A stretch of 64,000 nucleotides of DNA from Giardia intestinalis (taxonomy: Eukaryota): NCBI GenBank assembly GCA_000002435.2, contig CM018793.1; one strand, written 5' to 3'. Positions 9,382 to 21,300 of the stretch are shown here, piece by piece. The first letter of the stretch is position 1. Each line of letters opens with the position of its first letter. Under the pieces are notes generated by a model that was not told the DNA's origin, did not search any database, and worked only from the letters and a program-made list of their open reading frames with translations. A program made the position numbers and the translations under genes.

Positions 9382-12300
9382 ATGAAGGCGCTTTCGCTTT
9401 CGCCATCAAAGGTTGAGTTTTTGGGTGTAACCACCGGCCGTGTTTATACCAAAGCAGTGAAGATTATTAATGTATCAAAATCATCGATTAAGGTTCGCAT
9501 GAATGCCCCCACCACAGAGAGCTTTCGCCTTCAAGCAGACGTGGAGGCTAATCTACCTCCCGGGCTCTCTCAAACAATCCACATCTCCTTTTATACAGAG
9601 GACACTGTAGGGTCTGAGTACCACGACTCTGTAGTAATATACTCAATGCACGAACAGCTTGAACTTCCTCTGTTTGCAGAAAAGTGCAGGCCTCACTTGT
9701 TCCCGGACACTTCTCACCTCTCTTTTGGCAATCTAATTCCTGGATACCCCATTACCAAGGACTTGGTGATCACGAATAAGGGAACAGAAGACGGACAGTT
9801 TACTATTAAGATTGATGCGAGTGAAGAGGAGTTTGCCCGAGGGTCTCAGAGCGATATTCCCCCGCTGTCTAAAATCTTGTCCTTCAGCACTATGACCGGG
9901 AGAGTGCCGTGTGGGAAAGCCGTCACTGTGCGTGCGACAATAGTTTGTAACAAAACTGGCGCATACCGCGGAATTGTTCGGCTTATTGATCAGTACAAGA
10001 GCGAAGAACTCATAGATGTTTCGTGTAGCATCATAGAGCCAGGACTGGTATACTATCATTACTTAGACGATCTCTCCAAATCTGAGGCAATTACAAGCAA
10101 ATTTTCCACTACACGGCTATCTACTTTTGAGACCAAGACGTTTGACCCCGACGATCCTCGTTCTAAGCCCCGAACTCTTGTCCCTCTAGACATTTGGAAA
10201 TGCCAGGCAATCTTTCAGGAGGAGACTACCAAAAAGATAGTTGCACAAAATGTCTCACCATATGTCATGAATTATGAGTTTCAAGTGGAAGTTCGGGACA
10301 AAAAGCCACTTTGTGACATCGGGAAGAAAAAGCTTAAGGCAGGTGAAACAGAAGAAACTGTCGCTGCAGCGCAAATGTTGGAGGACATAAGCTTTATACG
10401 CATTGAGCCCTCTGCAGGTGTTCTGCAGCCCGGTGAAAAGGTAGAGATTCAACTCACGTTTGCTCCTCGACTAGACCTAAATCGCATCGAGCGTGTTTGC
10501 AGGTTCATGAGCAATACAACGCTTAGGGAATGGCGACGCATCTTCAGCTTTGTCGCAAAGCAGGGAAAAAATAAGGGAACCACCAATACAGATGATGATT
10601 CAGACCTGGACTCATTTGACACGACTCTAATTGAGAAGATGAGCGATGACGAGCTGAAGCAATTCGGTACCGAGTTCCGCTTCTTCAAGACCAATTTAGA
10701 TAACATAGCATACGTATACGAGGTCAGGACAAAGTGTTCGGCGTCCTCTCTTCATAAGACCTTCACAGATGCAACGTTCTTCAGCGTTAGCGCCATGGCT
10801 ACCCGTCCTCTGGTCTCTATCTCTGATACGGTTATGCACTTTTCGGCCGCGCAGGCCCAGAAGAACTTTTCGGTCAAGAATGTTTCTGTTGAACGCGTGA
10901 AGCTTCGTATTGTTGCACCATCACCATATCACATAGATGATCCCCTGAATCACAACGAGCTAACGACGTTCTTACTCCCTAAGGAGCAACGGATCTTCTA
11001 CTTGTTCTACAATCCAAAGTCCATGACCGCGTTTAATGATTATATGTATCTTTACTTGGGTGAAACAGACTACTATCAGGTTACAGTTTCGCTAGTAACA
11101 AATAAGGACAAGGAAATGACAACAAGGTTGAAGAATGTAAAGGCTGTACTGGACACCGGAAACAAAAGAACAGTAGAAGGCATGGCGTTGGGAGACCGGA
11201 AGCTCCTCAACGCAACAGAGCTTAAGAAATACAAGGAAGAGCAGCGGCTTGCCTGTGACAAAACCTATAATGCCAACAAGTTGAAAATTGCAGGAAAGGC
11301 CAAACAAGAAGGTCGGAGGACTCTTGCCCAAGGGGGGATGGCTGCCGAGTCCAGCAAGTTGTACAATTATAACAGGATGTATCTGGACAAGGATAGCGAT
11401 TCTAGCGAAGAAGATGACGCAAAATATAAGACTATCAGTCAGACTGGAGAGCTGAGTACCTCAGGACTAGCTGGTGCTACAACCAAGCAACCTGGGATGG
11501 AGAGGGCTATGGAGGTATCCAGCTCGGCAGCCAAACCGTCAGCTAAGCTATCTTCGTACAACGATGCACTGGATTTAGGGATGGAGCCGGAATACGGAGA
11601 TAATGACTATGACAGCAACTATTGCAACAAGCGCAAGAAGTCTAGGGTAGCTGAGGAGCTAGATCAGCTAGATAGAGACCATGGAACTACAGTTGTGCTC
11701 CAACCAAAGAAAAGAGCGACGTTGGCAAATGACACAACAGCACCAGTAAAGCTCTTTGGGCCTTCCAACTATGATAATTTAGAGCTCCTAAGAATATCTC
11801 AAGACATCAAGGAGTTATCCACTCGTGAGCTGGCGCTTATTTCAACTGGACCAATGGCCTTTGACTTGGGAACAGTCACCGTTGGAACTAAAGTCGTCAG
11901 GTACTTCAAAATTGCAAACGACTTGAAGAGCTTTATCAAGATTGAGCTCAAGACAACGCAGAGAAGCGTCAATGATGAGAAGCAACGGAAGAGGGAGGTA
12001 GAGCTTGTCGAGGATAGCTCCTCTGAAGATTTCATGCCTGGAGAAACTCTTCCTTCTGACCTCGGGTTCCAGCTAGGTGTGCCAGATATGAAAAAGCTTA
12101 AGCAGCCTCCTGCAACCGTTCCGTTGTCGAGCGCTAGGGCACAATCTGTACCGAACCTGATGGACCGACCGTCTGATGGAGGAACAGATGCTAGAAGCAC
12201 ATTTGTACACCAAATAAGTCCGCTCAAGGCTGCAAAGGTTGAGGTGCAGCCGTACATTCAATACCTTCCCCCGGGATCAATGGCTGGCTTCCCGATTAGT

Positions 12301-15300
12301 ATCAAATTTGTTAATATTACGCCGAATTATGCAGATATCATTAAAATATACATTAACGACAAGGAGTATGGCGTCATTAATCTGACGGCCTCCATAAAGA
12401 AGCCGACGCTTCGGCTCAACATAAAAGCATACACTCAACTCAAGGAGGCCAGGGACCTCATAGAAAAGTATGCCAATTTGTTAATGCGGAGTACGAGCGA
12501 CAGAGGACGCGACGAACGCGAGAGGGATGCTTCAACTCCGATTAGCGCAAGCACAACTCAATTCAAATCTCAGATGATGTCCGATATTATTTACTTTGAG
12601 CTGACACCTGCAAACATATACGACAAGGTTATTCAGAGAAACATTTCCATTATTAATACGGGCACAGCCCCAACAGCATTGGCCTTGGCTGTCGGTGCAG
12701 ACTGTGTCTTTTCACGAAACTGCGTCGCCGGAGGAGACTTCCAGGCGCAGCCACTTTCCATTTCTGGATCGTATAGCAATAGCACTGTCACCGAAGGCCT
12801 CAAGAAGAGCTCCAGCTCTGCATCCATAACTAAGGCTAGCACCGTCGTTCATTCAGCAGTTGACGTATTCGCACTGAGCGAGACTGAAGTCAAAAACTTC
12901 CAGAGCGAAAGTAACAAGTCGGTGCTCCTCACGTGGTGTCCTTCTAATGCAGAGATTACCGCAGGAATCTTAACCATTCAGGCGACTAAGGCCGATATGC
13001 TATATGTGCCAGTAATTGCACATCTTCTGCCTGGCAAGGCCTCCTTTCTCGAGAAGTTCATTGACTATGGTCTTATTAATATCGGAAAGGTCTCACGTGT
13101 CTCTTGCACTATTGCAAACAAAAGCACAGAGATAGAGTGCTACTTTGAGCTTGTAGAAGATGACATAGTCAGTGCGTCAATTACAGAGCCGGGAAGGAAT
13201 CATCTGACGGTTGACGTCACGCGGGGCCGCTTGGGTCCTGGTGAGCGGTTACAGCTCCAGGTCAGCCTTACTACCAGGGTGTTGGGGCCTGTATCGACCA
13301 AGCTTTGCTTCAGAATTATTGGGGGTGAGCAGATAGAGCTGCCTGTCAGAGCACTGGTGGAATCACCGCAAATTATTGTTAGTGAAGCCATTGAGGGCCG
13401 GTCCTCCCTCACAGTCATGCCTTCTCCAAGCATGATATCCATGACAGGAACCGTCTGCTCTTCTCCTGGGAAAAGCGTGACAAAGAGCAGGACAACCTCT
13501 CGGCAATCCAAGCAAAATCCCCATGGGTCTCCTGCAGGCTCCCTTGGTGGAACAAACAGGGTGAAAGTCAAGTGTCAAAACATTTTGCCCGAATCTGATT
13601 CTGAGTCTGAGGACCTAACATTTACGCAGCCTCTTCTTATATCTCCGTCACACATTTCATTCAATGAGGGCGTGACGCAGAGCATACCGACTCTCAAGAA
13701 GTTCAAGGTAACCAATGTAAGCCGAGTTCCGGCAGACCTATTTGTTGATTGCACTCTTTCTCAGTACATAACCCTCGTCTCTGAAATTGGAGTAAGCGAC
13801 TCAGGTGGTGATGCAGGGGTTATTAGTACATTGATTACTAAGAATGACCTATTGGAACGGTTTCGTTTATTAAGTGACACACACATTCTTCAATCTTTTC
13901 AACCGCTGAAAGCATCCCAAGACGTGGAGTACAGTCTATCAACCTACATCAATGAAAACTCTGGTCTTGGAGTCACAGAGTCTCTGTTGCGTGCTCAGAG
14001 CAAACTTGTTGATAGACTTGCACAAAAGCACAATCTTCCCGTCTTTCCTGGCACTAATGATATCGACTATCAGTCATACACTGCATCTCTACTCAACCTA
14101 AATGAGATTCCAGACATTGATGGCAGCGGAAAGCTAAAGCAGCCATCAGAACTCATGGGTGTATCATCGTCAAATGCAGATTACAACCGCGTTATGCACA
14201 TCTATATACCTCCAGGCTCCTCCACCACGCTGATCATGTCCATCCTTGCTTTGGACCAGAAGGCAGCTGTCAATGACTGCGTGTTCTTTTACTTGCTAGG
14301 ACAGACTACATGTAGTGAAATACTATCTGATCCTTCATCCATTTCTGTGCAGAAGTCGGCTCCTTCGATTGGATCCGATGTGGGGGTAAGGCGCGCGTCC
14401 CGCAAATCCTCAGAAATCAACGCGGATGTATTGAAAGAGCTTGACTCCTCCTTCCTTCCTGCCTCCCGCAAGTCTGTTAGGGAGTCTACCGGCAAATCAG
14501 AGTCTACACTGAACACACTGAAGGCTGTTGCGGGCGGTAAAGAGCTTTCAAACGTACTTATCTTGTCATACAGTATTACGCCGGCAGCTATATTCACAAG
14601 CACCTCCCTGGTGAACTTTGGCATTAAAGTCTCCGATTCGTCGTACAAGCAGAGCGTCGCAGTTTATCCCCCCATGTTTAGGGACATCTTCCAGAAGCTT
14701 CTGGCACATACCGGTTTTGGTGGCCCAACGACTGGTTCGGGCGACGAAAGTGCAGCAACATCCCTGGCGGGCACTACCGAGCTTTCTGGGGACCGGTTCC
14801 ATGCTATAGCGCGGGAGCTACCCTTTATTTCACAGATGGCTCTTTCGGGCCTTTACTATCAAGACGTTAATCTTATCAATCAGACTAATAAGGTGATTCT
14901 TTTTGTAGCGCTGGTCACAGACTATAATGATCAGCTGCTATCAACAAAGCTGTATGCCCTCAATCAGCCGTTTGGGAAGATACAACCTTATGACAATGTC
15001 AGCGTTCGTGTCTTCTTTTCTCCTACCAAGGTCGGTGTACACAATGCCAAGTTAAAGGTTTACTACATGGAAGTGGTCACCGGTGACGGTGAAGCATCAA
15101 CTCACTCAGAAGCTGCACCGGCTTCCAGTGAGCAAAAAACATTGGCATTCTCTAATGATATTAGTAATACACCTAGAAATATGAGCCCAGAGATAAGTTT
15201 CTTCTGCAATAAAGGATTTGTGCTCAGCAACTATCTGACAATTCACTTACAGAGCGTCGCGGTTTTCCGCACAATAGCATTCTCGGCCAATCCTGTTATC

Positions 15301-18300
15301 TTCCCTAACACTGCTGTTGGTGTCCCATCTCGTTGCCTATTCTATATCCGCAATCTAGGGTATAAGCATAACGTGAAGCTAACCATTACGTTCCCACCGG
15401 AGCTGTCAAAGATAGCGTTCTGTGTCATTTGGCCCCTTGGAAACATCATCAATCATATGATAAAGACCCTCCCTGTCCTGATAACATTCATAAGCAACAC
15501 TGTGATGAGCTTCTCAAGTCGGTGTGTGATTTCAGATGATACTGGCACCCCGTATAACTTGACAATTGGAGGCAACTGTGCAAATGATCCGTATCTATTA
15601 CGGGAATATCTCCGGGTCAACTCCAAGCGCTTACAGCAATCTACACCTTTGCAAGCACTTGCTCAATCTGCTGCTCTAATGGAACCAAGCGTTGATGCAT
15701 CAGCTGACGGATTTCAGAAAGAGTTCTATGACTTGGTGCCTCGCAGCGTAGACCCGTACTCATTGACAACTCCGGAATTTGGCATCTATCACAGTTATAG
15801 TCAGTTGACGGAAATCTGCAAAGCAGATGAGACAGACCCAATCTTGCGTAAGTATGGGCTAAACAAAAATGTCTTGCTGGCTTTGGAGAGTATCAACTGT
15901 AACACTCTTGTTGAGTTTAGCGAATATAGCAAGGCCCTTGGTCTCGAAGAGGTCTTCCATAACATACAGAATAAGAAAGACGCTTTTCTAGCTGTTGGCG
16001 TGTCTCCGTGGGACGATGAATCCATTGCAAGGGTAAAATCCTTTACTCTGATCAACTACACCTCAAAGAAGCCTGATGCACAGCCCCTAGGAACAGACCG
16101 CAGTGACAAGCAAAGCAGCACCAGAGCGTTGGGCTCTACCAAGGACAAGCAAAAGTCTCTCTTCCAGCACATCAGGCGGATGGTCTTCGGGCCATATGCG
16201 ACCACGGAGTACCCACGCTATTCCAACGCTAACAACCGTCTCGCATTTTACTGGCATTTTATCTTTCGTACTGTAGGGCTGAACTCCGAATCTTGCCTAA
16301 CACCCTACATTCCCTTCATCCCAGATGTTGTGGGTCTTTCTACAGAGAATAACATTACTATCAGCTTCATGATCCAAACCCTCTATTTGCTGCTCAATCT
16401 TCGACTCAATACTAACCTCCCCTTCCCTGCGCAATTCACACAGTCTACTTCAAAGACGTCGCCGTTTCTGTTATGGGCGTGTGGAATCCTGAAGAAGGAT
16501 ATTAGTATCAATCCGAAAACACTTCAGAACCTACCATCTATTAACAAGCTTCGAGTGGAGTTTCTTCATTCGTGTTATGACGACATGCTGACTGCCTTGA
16601 AAATCAATGGCGCCATGCTCAACAACATACCATGCGAGCTGCTCATGGCACGGGAAGACTTTCTCAACTGGTGCAAGTGGTCAATTGCAAAGGTGTCGAG
16701 AAACAGTTACACGAGTGCGCTTGCTGATGTAGTTAATTTAGACCAACAACCACCAGGAGACAAGGATGTTGGAAGACCGCACGAAAAAAGTGCAAAGCTT
16801 CAATCTAGCGTGCACAATAAGATGAAGCACTCAATAGCCCCTGCTGCTTCCGTCCTGCCTACAGATGAATTTGAGCCTCAACTGGTATCGCCCATGATTA
16901 CCCAAACAAGCTCTCTCGTTATTCTCGATATCCTCCGGGCTGTGCACGAGTTTTCACACCGCTCTGCCTGGTACTTTGTGCTAAGCGAGCTTGTCAGGCT
17001 TTTCATTTTGAACACAACCTCAAATGCAAAGGTTCTCGAGGCAAATATCCAAAAGCACAGGGTCTGGGTGAGCAACGAGGCAATTGAGTTTGAACTAAGC
17101 AAGGGCATATTTGACATAAAGTGCCAGAAGGAGTCTATAGCAGATTTCTTCGCCAAATTTGATGCATTTTCCAAAGCCACTAAGCTGAACGAGAACGGAT
17201 GCTTGCTTTATCTCTTCACGTACCACGCGTCCTACATGATACACGGAACCGAATTTCAGGAGATTGTAGTTAATCAAAAGTACACAGCACCAGCCAAGGC
17301 TGATATAAAGGACAAGAAGAACATTGTTACTCGGTCGCAGCTAGCCTTGCAGAAGAGCACAAAAAGAATCGTCCAAGATTCTGCTATTGATACGCTTGCT
17401 GGGACCTGCAAGGAAGAACCCCAGGGGTCATTATCTCCTCGTAGGTCTGCCAGGGGGACGCCGAACTTCTACGTGCTTAAGTCTTCACGGGCTCTGTTCT
17501 CAGGGCTTGAAGTGGGACTTACAATTCTTAGCCACTACCCTTACTGTGATGGAATCCGAAGGCGTGCAGAGGAGCTCATGAACGCCTCTGTTGCTATTGC
17601 AAAATCTTTCTTGGAGCTAGGCATCTCCAACTTCACACCGGACTACATTTTGAATCTAAAGATCAAGATCCCAGAACTCACAGACAGGATGTTTTCTGCG
17701 CTAGAATCTGCAAGATCTGCACTATGGTTGGAGATTGAGCAATTCCTTCGCCTTGAGTTTAATATCAGCCTTTTACCCTCAAGCTTGTACATGACAAGCC
17801 CCTCCTCGACATTTGACTACTCTCACAACGTTGCATACACAAACGCACTAGCGACAAATCATCAGATTCTTGCGACTCTGCTCTACCAGGTTCTGCCGTC
17901 ATATCTTCCATATAAGGCTCTTCGCGTCTTATCCAACTTAGGAGACACAGTCACACAGCCTCTAGAGGTCTCTAATGTTATGAAGTCGTCTTCAATAAAG
18001 TATAAAACCAGCATTCTTTACCCACGGAGTGACGACGTTTCTGCAGGTGGGCCTAGCTGCGAAATAAAGCTGAACACAAGCATGTTGACGATCGAGCCAC
18101 GTATGTCGTCGACTCTCTTCATCAAAATGACGCCCCGCTTCGCAAAGCCCTGTGTGGCGCTGATCGGCCTGAGACCTTCATATGAGGTTTCTTCCCAGAC
18201 CTCTTCAGGCTCCTTCTTGGCACCGTCCTTTGTTGCAGTGGTCATCGAGACAAATGACACCGTCCCTGTGAAGGTTTACGAGGTAGAGTCTAAGTGTCAG

Positions 18301-21300
18301 CAGCAAGCGAAGATTTCTATAGATGTAGACAATAAAAATGGGCTTGAAGCAAACTACAAGATCCGCATTACCGAGAAGTTCGTTGCGCTTGATTCTGCGT
18401 CTTTATCGGCAAGCGTCAAGCCCAAGAAGGTGTTTGGATACATGGAGCCCCTGACCACCCAAGCAGCAAAAACAGTCAACCCAGCTGATAAGAAGGTCCC
18501 CGATACCGTTGTGCAACCGCTCTGTGGTGTGACAGTCTCTCCCATTGCTTTCAAGACCAACGAACGGTCTCTTAACATAAAGCCCAGAGGGCGTCAGGCC
18601 ATGAACCTGTACTATATGCCGACGCATCCAGGAGCGTATATCGCTTCGGTTATATTTGAAGATGCTAATTTGGGCTCGTTTATGTACGAGTTGCGCGGGT
18701 ATAGTATCCTCCCAGATATTTCTCACACGTACAACATCAGCTCTTTGGCCACGGAATCTAGGACTTTCAATATAGATATAAACGACCTACTTGGCCACGA
18801 CCTTGTACACAAGTATGTTAACCATGAGCTAAAACAAGTTGTGGACACCAAGCAAACAGATGATGGTAAACAGGCACAAATGATCCAGCTGACGTCATCT
18901 ATAGACCCTCTTAACAAGGTTTTCACCCTTAAATATGTTAGTAGACCCAACGTTGAACCGGATGTGCACGCCTTCCGCTTTTTGATCGCTACAGACACGT
19001 TCACCAAGCAAGGCCTAATTTATCTTAACTTGCTCAAGCGTCAAGAAGAGATCCAGATGGAGATGATTGTACCGGCGAGGGAGACGGTTTCTCAGAAGTT
19101 GCCCGTTAGGAATACGATGGACAATGACTGCCTTATGAGTGTGACAATTACAAGTCAAGGCCAAAATGCGTTGCAAAGGGCAGGCCGCGGAGGAGCCCAG
19201 AAGCAACAGCTATCTAGCCTTATCAGTTACTTCTGGGTTAACGGCCAGGCAATGACTGATGGGGTGCCATTTACGATGTTGGTACGGCCTCATGACTCTC
19301 CATTCATCTTACTAGAATTCAAGCCTAAGTGGATTGCTCTGTTCAATGCTAAATTAGTGATTGAAAATAGCACTAAGGATCTGCTCGTAGACGAATACCT
19401 CTTGAAGTGCCAGGCAACAGAGCCGCTGACGTCCGGAATCATCAATCTAGAAACTGTCGCCATGGAGCCTGTTGTCTATAAGTTTACTATCAGCAGTCCT
19501 CCACTCCTTGAGACTGGTCAGGCTTCTAATTTGCAGCAGCAGCAAGCCCAGCAACTCACTAGGTATACAGTATACTTACAGGACAAGAAGGCTGTTTTTG
19601 AGCTTTCTCACTCATCTTTCGACCTGGCTCCAGGAACTTCGCAGGTTGTTGAACTTCGTGGCTTTTCTCCATGCTCTGGACAGTCGAAAAACATCCTTTT
19701 CATCCAGAACAATGGGACCAATACCTATGAGTGGTATGAGGTTGTTCTCCATGTGAAGCCACGCGAATGCAGTGGTGTCGTAGAGTTGCAAACGTCGACA
19801 AATCTCAACGCCCGTCACGAGTTCTCTATCACTAACACACGTTCAGACGTTTATGCAAACGTGAATGTTGAGGTTATGAACATTCCGTACTATTTGCTGT
19901 CTTTCAGCCCGTCTATGCAAATTGAGCCGGGAGATACCCAGTCTCTTATCCTGAATGTTAGGCCTACCTGTCGAGGGGTGCTCAAAGGCGTGGTTATCTT
20001 TAATTCTATGGAGCTGGGGGAGTTTTGGTATGAGCTTGTCGTGACTTGTAACGAACTAACTGTGAAGGAAGAGACAATATACTCTTTACTTTCTGCCCAA
20101 GTGAGTAGTAAGATCATGATTGAAAATCCAAATCCCACCACTGCACTAACTTATACAATTGAAAACTCCAACCATAATGCGTTCACCTCCCATCCCAAGT
20201 CATCCTTTATCGTCCAACACAGCAGTCAAGAAATAGTGAAGATTAACTACCGTCCAACAAAAGTCAATCTCCCCGAGATAGGAGAGTTCTATGTCTCTGG
20301 GGTGGATTCAAAGGGTGTTATCCAGAGCGAGTACAAGTACGTCTTTCGCGGAATCGGGCAGATGCCGAAGGAGCAAACAATCACTAAGATCTATGCAAAT
20401 GTGGGGTCGTCCAATGCCGGTGTGGTGACGTTCAAGAATCCCTTCCTTACAAGTTCACTTCTTCGCTTCGAGTACGAGAACTCACCCGATCTCCAATTTA
20501 ATATTCGGCCTGAAATGATTATTCAGCCATTTTGCGATGTGCAGCTTCCGTTTACTTTTACGCCCAAGTCCCTGAAGCTAGTGAAGGCGAAGTTTCTAGT
20601 ACATGTGCAGCAACTTGCCGACACTGAGGCAGGAATAGACACCGCCGAGATTCTTAAGATGGGTGAGGAAACCTTCACAACGCTGCTGAACAAGTCTGAA
20701 GTCTATACTTTTACATATCCGATTGAGGCAACTGCAGAGATAGTTCTAAACGAGACCTTTGCCTTTATGGCGTGCTCCGCCAGGAACAGTGTTTCTGTCA
20801 GTAAGCCAGTACCATTCGATTCTCTTGCGCGCTATTCTGCAGGGGATATGTCATTCTACATTGAACCTATTGATACCCGGACCCTTAAGCCAGACTCGGC
20901 TTTCTACATTGCGCAGAAGTCGATACAGTTCTTTTATCGGCCCAGCGGCTCTATGTCTCCCTCTGGGTCTACTAGGCTGCCCCAGGTTCTGGGAGGGATA
21001 GGTAGTGCGCCGCAGATTTCTCTTTCCTTTACCCCCATGAAACCTTTTGCATGCGACGTTAACATGATAATTTCCATCCGCAATAGTGGACGGTATAAGC
21101 TTCCTCTCCAGCTGGTAGCAAATACTCCAAAGCCAGAAGGGACAATAACAGTCGAGCTGGCCAACAGCAACACTGAGGGCGAATATATTCTCAAGATATG
21201 CAATATTTACAACGTGTACACAGAGTACAAGGCATCATTCAGCCCCACGTCTTCCGAGCGTTTTTCTGTTTCTCCGTCGTCGGGGATACTCGAGCCAGCA